From the IMG/VR virus record IMGVR_UViG_3300031413_000001: 64,000 nucleotides of DNA. One strand, 5' to 3'. The first letter of the stretch is position 1, and each line of letters begins with the position of its first letter. The notes under the pieces were generated by a model. The model did no database searches, was not told where the DNA came from, and saw only the letters and a list, made by a program, of their open reading frames with translations. Positions 27,832 through 37,104 of the stretch are shown here, one piece after another. Source of the DNA: a virus. Its lineage: Duplodnaviria > Heunggongvirae > Uroviricota > Caudoviricetes. Made by a program: the position numbers and the translations under genes.

Positions 27832-28632
27832 GTGGCTAAACAGAATCGTGCAAAGGGTGCAAACCGCCCCAATCCTCGTGCAGACCGTAACATCGGCCCA
27901 ACCCCTGGCGCCCGTGGCGGTCGCTATCAGCAGGATCGCACCTCGAATGTTATTGAGCTAAACTTCCCTCAGAAGCCAAAGAAGCAGCGCGTGGACATCG
28001 TTCCTCGCAATCTTGCACAGGAAAACTTGGTTTCTAGCCTAGAGAACCCCAACAAGCATGTGGTTTTCGCCGTTGGTCCAGCTGGTACTGGTAAGACGCT
28101 TCTGGCCACCATGCACGCTATCAAGTGCTTTAAGGCTGGTCTGGTTGAGAAGATTGTTATCACCCGCCCCAACGTTGCAGTCGACGACAAGGACATTGGT
28201 TACTTGCCAGGCGACATCTTGAAGAAGATGACCCCATGGATGATGCCAGTTCTGGACGTCTTTGGTGAATACTTCACGCAGCCCGAGATTCAGGCAATGC
28301 TGGAAGAGAACATCATTGAAATGGTGCCAATCGCATTCATCCGTGGTCGCACGTTTAAGAACGCCTACATTCTGGTAGATGAGGCACAGGGCACAACTCC
28401 TAATTCGCTTCTCTCGATTCTCACACGTATTGGTGAGGGTTCCAAGATGGTTGTAACGGGCGATCTCGCTCAGAGCGATCGTGGATCCGACAACGGACTT
28501 GCCGACTTTTTGGGTCGCTTTCAGTCCAGCCCCTGCATTGACGTAATCAAGTTCCAGCGCGGAGACGTTGAGCGTCACCCTGTTGTCAAGGAACTCCTGG
28601 GTATCTACACGGGATTCAACGGCAACATCTAA
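27832..28632 (+). CDS. phoH: PhoH-family ATPase
   Basis: GPAGTGKT, RGRTF, DEAQ, LTRIG. Confidence 0.95.
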   Translation: MAKQNRAKGANRPNPRADRNIGPTPGARGGRYQQDRTSNVIELNFPQKPKKQRVDIVPRNLAQENLVSSLENPNKHVVFAVGPAGTGKTLLATMHAIKCFKAGLVEKIVITRPNVAVDDKDIGYLPGDILKKMTPWMMPVLDVFGEYFTQPEIQAMLEENIIEMVPIAFIRGRTFKNAYILVDEAQGTTPNSLLSILTRIGEGSKMVVTGDLAQSDRGSDNGLADFLGRFQSSPCIDVIKFQRGDVERHPVVKELLGIYTGFNGNI

Positions 28633-28651
28633 GAATACCACAAGCTAAAAG

Positions 28652-28692
28652 GAATAGGTCCCAGGGGTTGCTCTCTAGGGGCCTATTCTTTT
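28652..28692 (+). terminator. rho-independent terminator
   Basis: GAATAGGTCCC/GGGCCTATTC stem plus T-run. Confidence 0.65.
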
Positions 28693-28729
28693 GGTTGACA
28701 ACCAGCTCTGTCCTCGTACAAAAGAACAT

Positions 28730-29263
28730 ATGAGCAACACAGCAATCTTCACGCCATCGGGCGTTCAACATAAGCGACTGAAGAAACTTGCCGCTGGCGG
28801 TGAGGATGTTACAGTCAGTCCCGAGGCCCTGGGCCCGCTCTATCAGGACGGCGACGACCTGAAGACGCTGGCGTGGGACTATTACAATATGGAGAACGCC
28901 GGTCGGCGCAACTTCATCCACTTCATGGAGTTGGATGAGCCGGCTCTCGAGGGCGAGTTCCACATCGTACGGAAGAAGCTGACGCCGCTGGGCCAGCAGG
29001 CTCTCGCCGCACTGGAAATTGGTTGGTTCTGGAACTCCGAGACCAACGAGGAAGCCGTCCAGGCAACCTTCGATTTCTACCGCGATCTGATGAACAAGGG
29101 CAAGTTCTCCGTTCAGCACGCCGACTGGATCGTGGGCAACGCCGACGAACGCTTTCGTGAGCTACGGAATGAGGTCGTGTACTTCAAGCTCAAGGCCAAG
29201 AGGATCGGCGACTTTTTCGTCGAGGACAAGGACGCAAGTTTGAGCGCGGGGATGATGCGGTAA
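28730..29263 (+). CDS. hypothetical protein
   Basis: TTGACA promoter at 28695, leaderless-type ATG. Confidence 0.7.
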   Translation: MSNTAIFTPSGVQHKRLKKLAAGGEDVTVSPEALGPLYQDGDDLKTLAWDYYNMENAGRRNFIHFMELDEPALEGEFHIVRKKLTPLGQQALAALEIGWFWNSETNEEAVQATFDFYRDLMNKGKFSVQHADWIVGNADERFRELRNEVVYFKLKAKRIGDFFVEDKDASLSAGMMR

Positions 29264-29976
29264 TGGAGCGAGAGCCCTTTTTAAGCAACGACGTCTTGGC
29301 AGAAGTGGCAGGACGTCTACGCTTTGGGGGCCAGCCCCTGGAGCAGAAGATCGGAGAAATGTCCCAGCCGGAGCCAGCACCCTGGTCCTGGCCCACTCAC
29401 CCCATGGACCGGACGGCCGCAATGTTTGGCCTCCGGGGGTTTGAGTTCAACACTCTCCAGCAAGAAGCCATTCGAGAGCTTCCCAACAACGTGATGCTTC
29501 AGGATGCTTACCGGAAGTTTCTGATGATCGCCAAGCTGACTTGCGCGGAGGGTCTTCAGAAGGTTCGTGATCACGAGCAAAAGCAAGCTGAAGACAAGAT
29601 GAAGCGCGACCGCGTCTATCAGGGCAAAAAGAAAGCCTATGATGAGCGGGTCAAGAGCCTGAGCAAGAGCTGGACGGCTGTTCGGGACACCATCCGGACG
29701 CGCTGGACTCGGATCGGTAAAAGCGTGGCAACCATGCTGGAGCGAAATGGCTCGCTGAAGAACATGACCGATCGTGATCGGGAGTTCATCGAGGAAATGG
29801 TGCGTCGCGGAGTCGCGGCAGTGGACCGCTCGGATGGCGCGGTCATCTACTTTAATTGGGATAAGTTTGCGGACTTCTCAATCGAGGATATCAACGAGGT
29901 TGTCCTGATGCTAGATCAGCATTCCAGTGGTGGCTTCATCCGTAAGCCAGTGAAGACTCCGTTTAACGATCTTTAA
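29263..29976 (+). CDS. hypothetical protein
   Basis: TAATG overlap. Confidence 0.7.
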   Translation: MEREPFLSNDVLAEVAGRLRFGGQPLEQKIGEMSQPEPAPWSWPTHPMDRTAAMFGLRGFEFNTLQQEAIRELPNNVMLQDAYRKFLMIAKLTCAEGLQKVRDHEQKQAEDKMKRDRVYQGKKKAYDERVKSLSKSWTAVRDTIRTRWTRIGKSVATMLERNGSLKNMTDRDREFIEEMVRRGVAAVDRSDGAVIYFNWDKFADFSIEDINEVVLMLDQHSSGGFIRKPVKTPFNDL

Positions 29977-30097
29977 CTGGAGCCTTCACGAGAAGTCGGC
30001 TTTCGATTGCCCTAACGTCGAGTGGTCTTTTGGTGCTTTCACCAAGAGACTTCTTGGCGTCTGCGGTCTTTGTATCCAATAGTTCCCAAAGTCGCAT
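29963..30097 (-). CDS. small late protein (44 aa, MRLWELL...), not in ORF track
   Basis: TATAAATA at 30131-30138 on minus strand, GGAG SD. Confidence 0.5.
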   Translation of the reverse strand: MRLWELLDTKTADAKKSLGESTKRPLDVRAIESRLLVKAPVKDR

Positions 30098-30171
30098 GTC
30101 AGTTCTCCACTGCTGGGTCATACCATTGGGTATTTATACCAAACGGTAAATACCAGAACTAGGAGGATTTC

Positions 30172-30732
30172 ATGCCAGAAGCTAATCCACAACTATTCAA
30201 GCGACTGAGTGATTCGGAAAGTCTCACTGACGTCATGATCCAGATGGAGGACTTTATGGACTCTCTGGACCTCTACGTTTTTAAGAATTGGTTTGAGGGC
30301 GAGATCGTCCAGGGCCCAGAGATCCGCCGCTACTGGGTCTCGATGACACTCAAGTATGAGTACGAGGAGATGCCTGATCCAGCGGGAGCAGAGCGTCTTA
30401 TTCGTCATGGTGCAAAGGTTGAATACCGAAAGGCCAAGAACGAGCAACCAGCGGAAGCCAAAGGTCCCGAGGACTTCACGGTCACTAACAAGCCCAAGAT
30501 GATCCAAAAGGACATCTGGCTCGTTGATGTTCAGATTCCCCGCCGCTTTATCGAGGAACTCGACGACAGCGATCTGGAAATGCACGTGGACGATGAACTC
30601 GTTGACGTTGAGGATGTCTCGGATGCCCGTGACGAAGACATTGATCAGGAAGCTGCATTTACCAAGGAGGGCGACGCAGAGCTCACCGATGGCGAAGATG
30701 AAGAGTCCGATGAAGACACCGGAGGTCTATAA
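30172..30732 (+). CDS. hypothetical protein, acidic tail
   Basis: TAAATA 30147, GGAGG SD. Confidence 0.75.
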   Translation: MPEANPQLFKRLSDSESLTDVMIQMEDFMDSLDLYVFKNWFEGEIVQGPEIRRYWVSMTLKYEYEEMPDPAGAERLIRHGAKVEYRKAKNEQPAEAKGPEDFTVTNKPKMIQKDIWLVDVQIPRRFIEELDDSDLEMHVDDELVDVEDVSDARDEDIDQEAAFTKEGDAELTDGEDEESDEDTGGL

Positions 30733-31475
30733 TGGCTAATCTGTTCGAAGGACTCAAAGAGGGTGATCTTGAGGAGCTCGTGCTTTCCAAGATCTCCATT
30801 GATGAATATGAAAGCAAACTGGACGATGACAGCATCGTGGTTGCATTCTACGTTCAAGATCGCGAACCAGCGGGTGACCTGAATCGCTTTATCCAAAAGG
30901 GCCCCACCGCCCTGCTGGATACCGACGTCAGCCCGGCACCAAACGAAGATGGCTTTTATATGGTCTTTGTTGAGCTTCTTCGCGATGAGGAGTTTCCCAA
31001 GAAGGTCGTTGACATAACGGACAGCCTGCAGGGACTCACCGGTATTGAAAGCTGGACCGTGTTGGTCTATGGAAGCGAAGAAGAGCAGGAAGTAACCGAG
31101 GAATATCTCGCGACTGCGGTTCGCCTTCACAGCAAGGAAGACCACGAAGAAGAATCCGAAGACTCAGTTGATGAGAGCCTGACGGAGTTCTTCCGGAACA
31201 GCGATCTGGAGAATCTGGTCGTTGAGGGAAAGCGTGTTAGCTTCCAGGGACCAGTGGCAACTTTTGAGATGAACCTTGTGGACCTGGGAGCATTTGATTT
31301 GCTTCAGGAACGCAATGCGGTGCTCTCTCAGGGGCTAAGGCTTGATGAAGCAGCACAACACAATGTCAGCCGCTTGAAAGCTCTACTAGGCGATCTATGG
31401 GTGGTGGAGCATCTACAAAACCACGTCCTGCTCAGCAATGTGTTGAGCGAAGACGTGGCCTTGTTCCGACTGTAA
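30732..31475 (+). CDS. hypothetical acidic protein
   Basis: TAATG overlap, GGAGG SD. Confidence 0.75.
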   Translation: MANLFEGLKEGDLEELVLSKISIDEYESKLDDDSIVVAFYVQDREPAGDLNRFIQKGPTALLDTDVSPAPNEDGFYMVFVELLRDEEFPKKVVDITDSLQGLTGIESWTVLVYGSEEEQEVTEEYLATAVRLHSKEDHEEESEDSVDESLTEFFRNSDLENLVVEGKRVSFQGPVATFEMNLVDLGAFDLLQERNAVLSQGLRLDEAAQHNVSRLKALLGDLWVVEHLQNHVLLSNVLSEDVALFRL

Positions 31476-31883
31476 TTAGAAAGTGGGCTTCATCGAGGAT
31501 TCGCTGACTTCCTTGAAGGTGCCCGGCTCCAGGATGTAATAGGCGTTGTAGCTGGGCTCCTCACAGTCTTTGTGAAAGACCAGCTTGCCGGAGACCATTG
31601 CGTCCGAGATTGCCTGGAACATCTTGTCCCCATAGCAACCCCAGATGGACGTCATCTGCGAGTAGCCCTCGTTCCCACAGCCATCGCCCTCGCGAGCATA
31701 GATCGTGAGTTCGCCATTGGGACCAACCTGCAAGGGTCCCTTCCAGTCCGGCTGGTACTGGCACTCATCGTGGTAGAGCTCACCGATCTCGGTTTCGTCC
31801 ATCAGCTTGGTGTTGAGCTGATCCAGATCCTTGATCGCGAGATCATCGACCTGATAGATCTCAAGATTAGTCCACAGTCCCAT
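31476..31883 (-). CDS. hypothetical protein
   Basis: AAGGAG SD. Confidence 0.7.
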   Translation of the reverse strand: MGLWTNLEIYQVDDLAIKDLDQLNTKLMDETEIGELYHDECQYQPDWKGPLQVGPNGELTIYAREGDGCGNEGYSQMTSIWGCYGDKMFQAISDAMVSGKLVFHKDCEEPSYNAYYILEPGTFKEVSESSMKPTF

Positions 31884-32172
31884 CTTCTTCTCCTTTATGA
31901 AATCTCAACTTGAACAGCATTGCTTTGTCGCGGGTCTCAAATTGGAACCCGCGCTTGTCCCCGCCCATGCTGAATGATTGCCAGTGAATCTTGGGCTCAC
32001 CCACACTTGTTTCCAACCAATCGTAGGCTTCCTGCGTGATAAAGCGGTGCCTTGCGTGGTGAAGGTATGAGGGAAGATTCTCATCCGTGGGATCAAAAGG
32101 ATCAAAGAGCTCGTCGGTTTCCTCTTTCGTCAAATAGACGACGTGGTCTCCATCTATCTCTTTGTACTCCAT
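31867..32172 (-). CDS. FKLxW-family protein
   Basis: AYDWLE; FQFETRDKAMLFKLRF. Confidence 0.85.
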   Translation of the reverse strand: MEYKEIDGDHVVYLTKEETDELFDPFDPTDENLPSYLHHARHRFITQEAYDWLETSVGEPKIHWQSFSMGGDKRGFQFETRDKAMLFKLRFHKGEEDGTVD

Positions 32173-32206
32173 GCCAGGGTCCTAGCAGAGCTTGGAAAGA
32201 AGTCAA
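32173..32206 (-). promoter_or_regulatory. sigma70-type promoter, near-leaderless
   Basis: TTGACT-N14-GCTAGG-N8-ATG. Confidence 0.65.
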
Positions 32207-32241
32207 GGAAAAGGGCCAGTGTTTCCACTGACCCCAAGTCC

Positions 32242-32481
32242 TTAGTTGCTGTCGGAACGATCGTTGTCGTTCTCGTGATCGATGATCAGGTACGTGACAC
32301 CAGCGATGATGCCTGCACCGATCAGGACGGGAACGACCTGGCTCTTGCGCTTCTCGCTCTTGACGACCGGGGTGGTCGCATACGAACGGGTTGCATTCTG
32401 CACCGAGAGGCTCGAAGCAGGGTTGGCCATTGCGACCGTTGGCATGGTGAGCATTGCGGCTGCGATCAGAATCTTCTTCAT
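32242..32481 (-). CDS. small exported/membrane protein
   Basis: signal peptide MKKILIAAAML..AMA, C-terminal TM and acidic DNDRSDSN tail; AGGAG SD. Confidence 0.75.
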   Translation of the reverse strand: MKKILIAAAMLTMPTVAMANPASSLSVQNATRSYATTPVVKSEKRKSQVVPVLIGAGIIAGVTYLIIDHENDNDRSDSN

Positions 32482-32539
32482 CTTGTATCTCCTTTGTTTG
32501 CCATGCTGCTTTGCAGCATAGAAACCAGTCTGTCAACAG

Positions 32540-32570
32540 AAAAGGCAGAGTAGAAATACTCTGCCTTTTT
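32540..32570. terminator. bidirectional rho-independent terminator
   Basis: AAAAGGCAGAGTA/TACTCTGCCTTTT. Confidence 0.7.
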
Positions 32571-32574
32571 GTAG

Positions 32575-32648
32575 TCGGGAATGTAGGATTCGAACCTACG
32601 ACCCCCTGCTCCCAAAGCAGGTGCGCTACCAGGCTGCGCTAATCCCCG
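32575..32648 (-). tRNA. tRNA-Pro(TGG)
   Basis: cloverleaf, GTTCGAATC T-loop, anticodon loop TTTGGGA; followed by CTA not CCA. Confidence 0.93.
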
Positions 32649-32694
32649 TTGCAGCTCTATTTATACGCAGAGCCAGTGCGTTTTTCAATAACTT

Positions 32695-33501
32695 TTATGT
32701 CCACAGACTGCGACGAACCTTGATCAAACGTATCAGCATTTCTTCGTCTTCTTCCTCGTAGAAAGCCTCAAGTTTGCTACGCGCTTCTGCGAGCTCCTTG
32801 TTGTGTGGTCGATTGAAGATTGCCGCAAAGCTTTGATCTTCACTGAGGTCCTGAGGCTCGTTGAACAGTGGATGCTCGTATGGGTCAGCCCGCGTTGGAC
32901 GGACTTGAGTCCACCAGAGATAGAGAAGCTTTTTCTCTTTAGCGGATGCCGTCTGAGTACCCGAGGTTTCAGCAATTTCCCAGTCAAGATGCTTGAGACC
33001 AGAGCTAGGATTACGGATGCGCTTTCTCTTATAGCGCCGAAACTTTTTGCCAAAGTTTCCAAGAAAGCTGGAGATGTCATCGGTTTCGGGTTCATCCTCG
33101 GACGTTGCATCGTTCATAGCCGCCAGCTCAATCTCCACAAAGTCCTTGAGGATCTGAAAGTTGGCATGCAGGAGGATGTAATCGGGGTCGTGATAGTCCT
33201 TGCTGATTTCCATCTTCAGGACGTCGTAGCGATCCCAAGTGCGGAAACGGATCCAGTTGCGGACATTCTTTTTGCGCTGGGTGAAGTTGTGACTCCACCA
33301 GATGGGAACAGTATCCCAGATGAAGAAGCGCCAAGGAAAGCTGCTCTTCAGTCGGTCATCACGAACGCCCCACTGTCCAATGGGAAGGCTACGGGGTCCG
33401 TGGGGAGGTAGGATAAACCGCCGAGCGATCTTCTCGATGAAGGTACGATCTGCGGGATTACGATGGTGCGTAATTTTGGGAAGTTTGAATTTCATCATCA
33501 T
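32695..33501 (-). CDS. hypothetical protein
   Basis: 268-aa ORF between tRNAs. Confidence 0.7.
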   Translation of the reverse strand: MMMKFKLPKITHHRNPADRTFIEKIARRFILPPHGPRSLPIGQWGVRDDRLKSSFPWRFFIWDTVPIWWSHNFTQRKKNVRNWIRFRTWDRYDVLKMEISKDYHDPDYILLHANFQILKDFVEIELAAMNDATSEDEPETDDISSFLGNFGKKFRRYKRKRIRNPSSGLKHLDWEIAETSGTQTASAKEKKLLYLWWTQVRPTRADPYEHPLFNEPQDLSEDQSFAAIFNRPHNKELAEARSKLEAFYEEEDEEMLIRLIKVRRSLWT

Positions 33502-33541
33502 GTCCTAGATCGATCTATAACATGACATTCTCCTCAAGCGT

Positions 33542-33618
33542 TGGTGCCCCGGAAGGGATTCGAACCCCTGACCGTCGGTTTAGGAAACCGCTACTCTATC
33601 CGGCTGAGCTACCGGGGC
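33542..33618 (-). tRNA. tRNA-Arg(CCT)
   Basis: cloverleaf, loop TTCCTAA, encoded CCA. Confidence 0.92.
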
Positions 33619-33623
33619 ATTTG

Positions 33624-33705
33624 TGCGCCTGGAGGGACTCGAACCCCCACACCTTGCGATACCAGGACCTAAACCTGGCGCGTCTACCAATTCCACCACA
33701 AGCGC
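33624..33705 (-). tRNA. tRNA-Leu(TAG)
   Basis: long variable arm, loop TTTAGGT; followed by CAA not CCA. Confidence 0.92.
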
Positions 33706-33741
33706 GTTGTTCTCTACTTATAAGAGAGAACTATACCGTTG

Positions 33742-34107
33742 TCAACATTGCGGGCACAAAGATCGCTCAAGAAACTGCTGATTGTTTACCATATAGGCAA
33801 CCATGGAATCAGTGGCCTCGGGAAAGTCGAACAGCGAATGCCAGGCATAGCTTCCCTGACCCATGGGCTCATCAGAGACCCACACGTGAAATATCTGATG
33901 GACTGGATCCTCGATATAATCCAACACCCACTCGTTGTCCTGTACATCTTGCCCCAAGGCAGTGCCGCAATCATCCATTGCCAGATAAACGATTGGTTTC
34001 TCATAATCGTTTGGCATATTGCTGGGAAAGCCCCACGAGTTGTTCTCTTGCCGGAGTAGAAAGCGTCCGGTTGTTCTGCTCTGGATAATCATCACGTTAT
34101 GTTTCAT
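33742..34107 (-). CDS. degenerate NUDIX-like protein
   Basis: GRFLLRQ..WGFP..YAWHSL layout without an intact Nudix box. Confidence 0.5.
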   Translation of the reverse strand: MKHNVMIIQSRTTGRFLLRQENNSWGFPSNMPNDYEKPIVYLAMDDCGTALGQDVQDNEWVLDYIEDPVHQIFHVWVSDEPMGQGSYAWHSLFDFPEATDSMVAYMVNNQQFLERSLCPQC

Positions 34108-34206
34108 ACCACTCCTCTAGCAGGGTGGAAATCCTGGGATCAATTGAATACTGACAATTCAGAGCATTTTCCCGTATAAAGAGAGAAGACCAAATAGGGA
34201 GTTCAT

Positions 34207-34854
34207 ATGAGTAAAAAATCTGGTATGGAGAAGGGCGTGGCGGAAATCAAAGTTGAGTCCACTCCCGAGTCCACTACAGTTATGGCCACGGTTCCAGTCA
34301 ACCCAGTTCCAACCTTGCGCGACAAGGGAATGTACTTTCTCAGCGGTGGCTTCAACAGTGAAAGCGCCAGCAAGATTGTCACGTGGATCCTCGAGGCCAA
34401 CTTTGCTCCCAAGAATGATTTCGATCATCTGACGCTGATCATCAACAGCCCTGGTGGTGAAGTCAACAGCGCCTTTGCGATCATCGACGCAATGGAGGGA
34501 AGCGCCATCCCCGTTCATACCGTTGGTCTGGGGATGATTGGTAGCTGCGGCTTCCTAACGTTCATTGCTGGTGCCAAGGGTCACAGGATCTTGACGCCCA
34601 ACACTTCCATTCTAAGCCACCAGTGGTCTTGGGGTGATGCAGGCAAGGCACATGAGCTCTTTGCAACGGTTCGTGAATACGAGCTCACGCAGACGCGCAT
34701 GATGAACCACTACATCAAGCACACCGGACTTACCAAGGCGCAGATTGAGCAGAAGCTCTTGCCGCCACATGATATCTGGTTGAGTGCTCAGGAAGCCAAG
34801 GACCTTGGCGTCTGCGACGACATCAAGATCATGGGACAGGGAAACGCCAAGTAA
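34207..34854 (+). CDS. clpP: Clp protease proteolytic subunit
   Basis: INSPGGEV, catalytic S (IGSCG), H (SHQW), D (HDIWLSAQEA). Confidence 0.93.
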   Translation: MSKKSGMEKGVAEIKVESTPESTTVMATVPVNPVPTLRDKGMYFLSGGFNSESASKIVTWILEANFAPKNDFDHLTLIINSPGGEVNSAFAIIDAMEGSAIPVHTVGLGMIGSCGFLTFIAGAKGHRILTPNTSILSHQWSWGDAGKAHELFATVREYELTQTRMMNHYIKHTGLTKAQIEQKLLPPHDIWLSAQEAKDLGVCDDIKIMGQGNAK

Positions 34855-35258
34855 TGGAATACGTTGCAGGACTTCTCTTCAGCGACGAGGGTGACCGCGT
34901 TGCACTGATCTTGAAGAACCGGCCCGCATGGCAGGCTGGTTCCTACAATGCCATCGGTGGAAAGATTGAGCCCGGTGAGACTTCCTTCATGGCTATGAAG
35001 AGGGAGTTCATCGAGGAAGCAGGCGTGGACATTGACTGGGATCTGAGGATTACCCTTCAGGGTCCAGACTACAAGGTTCACTTCTTCTCCTGCTACAATA
35101 GCGAGGCGATGACGTACCTTCGTACCTGTACGGACGAGATTGTGGAAGTGGTTGAAACCTACAACCTTCCCGAGAACGTGATCCCCAACCTTTGGTGGAT
35201 TGTGCCCATGATGAATGACGAAAGCATCGAGGGACAGACCATTAAGGTCTCAGAGTAA
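34854..35258 (+). CDS. NUDIX hydrolase
   Basis: GGKIEPGETSFMAMKREFIEEAG. Confidence 0.9.
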   Translation: MEYVAGLLFSDEGDRVALILKNRPAWQAGSYNAIGGKIEPGETSFMAMKREFIEEAGVDIDWDLRITLQGPDYKVHFFSCYNSEAMTYLRTCTDEIVEVVETYNLPENVIPNLWWIVPMMNDESIEGQTIKVSE

Positions 35259-35288
35259 ATAGTCTGAGATTCCTTAATGATGAGAGAT

Positions 35289-35507
35289 ATGAGTAAAGAA
35301 GACACACTGAAGATGAAGGGTCTAGTAACCGAGATCCTTCCAAACGCTCTATTTCGTATCAGGCTCGAGAATGACGCAATGATTATTGGTCATATCTCGG
35401 GCAAGATGCGTAAGAACAACATCAAAGTTCTTGTCGGCGATGCCGTGGATTTGGAGATGACTCCATATGACCTGACCAAAGGTCGGATCACGTTCCGCTA
35501 CAAGTAA
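35289..35507 (+). CDS. infA: translation initiation factor IF-1
   Basis: [36 protein letters not shown], 72 aa. Confidence 0.96.
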   Translation: MSKEDTLKMKGLVTEILPNALFRIRLENDAMIIGHISGKMRKNNIKVLVGDAVDLEMTPYDLTKGRITFRYK

Positions 35508-35768
35508 TCAGCCCCACGTTAGCTTGAACAGCAAGGCAGTGTTGGGATCCTTGAAAAAGAAGTCCGCATTGCCATAACTGGGATAGCAGTAATATACCCA
35601 ATCACTGTAGTATCGCTCGTCCGTGAGAACATGCGACTCCAGCCAATCCCTTACCTCTGGTAACAAAGCTGGCTGATTGGGCCAGTCCAATGATACCACG
35701 TTGTTCAGCGGTACCTCATGGACCGGATACATCCAGGGACCATTGCGACGTATCTGAACCGCATTCAT
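35508..35768 (-). CDS. FKLxW-family small protein
   Basis: VRDWLE; FFFKDPNTALLFKLTWG. Confidence 0.85.
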   Translation of the reverse strand: MNAVQIRRNGPWMYPVHEVPLNNVVSLDWPNQPALLPEVRDWLESHVLTDERYYSDWVYYCYPSYGNADFFFKDPNTALLFKLTWG

Positions 35769-36139
35769 AGCCAGGTAAGTTTGAACAACATGGCCTGATC
35801 CTTCCGCCGGAAGTAGATCCAGTTCCAGTGCTCTTTGTACTTTCCACTTGCGTTTTGTGGCATCAGGACAAAGTCGTCATCTGACAGATTGGCCTTGATC
35901 CAATCCATCATGGCCAGTTCCTGCGAGTCATCAACGGATCGGCCAATAAAGGCAACTGGCATGCCATGTGGGTGATCTTTGATCTCTTCCTCAAAGTTCA
36001 TTTCGCTCTGACGAAGAAGTAGCTCACGCATCTGGAGGAAGAGCGAAGCACCATCAGCCCCCGGTTTGGAAAACTGGTCCTGAACCGCCTGGATCTTCTT
36101 GAGGATTTCCTCGTCGAAGTTTTCGTAGACGTTGCTCAT
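35765..36139 (-). CDS. FKLxW-family protein with N-terminal extension
   Basis: IYFRRKDQAMLFKLTW; ATGA overlap. Confidence 0.85.
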   Translation of the reverse strand: MSNVYENFDEEILKKIQAVQDQFSKPGADGASLFLQMRELLLRQSEMNFEEEIKDHPHGMPVAFIGRSVDDSQELAMMDWIKANLSDDDFVLMPQNASGKYKEHWNWIYFRRKDQAMLFKLTWL

Positions 36140-36432
36140 CGTCCACCCCACGTGAGCTTGATGTACGTGGCAGATCCCAGATCGTTCAAGAACAGAATGG
36201 GTTCCATAGACTGAAGGCGACGTTGTGGGCCTGATGGCATGGTAACAAAGGTCTTCTTGGTATGACGATGGTCGATCGCTTGGATCAAGACCTCGTAATC
36301 CACGTTTTCCTTTTTGCCCGACGAGATCAGCCAGGCTTCCACTTCTTCAAGGACCTCGGTGTTCTTCATGCGAATATGATGTGACCACGGCCCATGCTTT
36401 GCCAGCATGTAGAAGAGTGGCTTCAATGCCAT
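36136..36432 (-). CDS. FKLxW-family protein
   Basis: LFLNDLGSATYIKLTWGG. Confidence 0.8.
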   Translation of the reverse strand: MALKPLFYMLAKHGPWSHHIRMKNTEVLEEVEAWLISSGKKENVDYEVLIQAIDHRHTKKTFVTMPSGPQRRLQSMEPILFLNDLGSATYIKLTWGGR

Positions 36433-36677
36433 GCGAGCTTGAACTTCATCGCATCGTTGTGATCATGGAAGGCAATCCTCAGACCACCATACTCCTTGTG
36501 CTCATAGAGGTACCAATGGCTCTTGACCATGTCCTGGAGCCAGCTCTTTACTTCTGGCACAACGGTAAAGTGGGTTCCATTCCGCTTGATGCTGGTCTTC
36601 CGAACGATCAGGTCCGACCGGACTTCTTCACTGTGGGGACGAACTTTCACTGGAACCTCTTTGTCTAATTGCCACAC
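36423..36677 (-). CDS. FKLxW-family protein
   Basis: IAFHDHNDAMKFKLAW. Confidence 0.85.
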   Translation of the reverse strand: MWQLDKEVPVKVRPHSEEVRSDLIVRKTSIKRNGTHFTVVPEVKSWLQDMVKSHWYLYEHKEYGGLRIAFHDHNDAMKFKLAWH

Positions 36678-36711
36678 TTTTATTACATGAATAGAACAAC
36701 GTCAACCGCTG

Positions 36712-37104
36712 TTAGATTCTCAGACCCCAAACGTGACTCTTAAACTGGCCAGCCAGCTCACGGGTCTCAAACTGCACAAACCAAGCCTTGCCATCCCACA
36801 GTCCCTTTTTGTAGCTGGGAGAGTGTTCGGCGCCTGGAACGGGCACTAGGACGGGAACAACCTCGGGGGCAAAGTGTTCCAGCCAGACACGCTCCGCATA
36901 CCGTATATCAATCTTACTGAACAGCATGTTGCCATGCTCCTTCCAATAGTTGATTGATCGCTTGTACTTGGAAGTCCGACGCCTCTTGATTCGCCGTGCC
37001 TTGGCACTTACGGGGCCTCCCCGTCCACTCAAACTTCTAAGAAATGCCCTGCCGGACATTCTCCGTGCCTTCGTACTCTTGGTGCGACTTTTTCTTTTTG
37101 CCAT
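36712..37104 (-). CDS. FKLxW-family protein with highly basic N-terminus
   Basis: K/R-rich first 50 aa; VQFETRELAGQFKSHVWG. Confidence 0.7.
   Translation of the reverse strand: MAKRKSRTKSTKARRMSGRAFLRSLSGRGGPVSAKARRIKRRRTSKYKRSINYWKEHGNMLFSKIDIRYAERVWLEHFAPEVVPVLVPVPGAEHSPSYKKGLWDGKAWFVQFETRELAGQFKSHVWGLRI

Noticed and set aside
33522-34088. 188-aa plus-strand ORF
   Set aside because: Antisense to two tRNAs and a real ORF.
36090-36139. ENFDEEILKKI as a fourth gp23 fragment (EIDxEIL)
   Set aside because: Too short and generic for an amphipathic helix; worth retesting with an HMM only.
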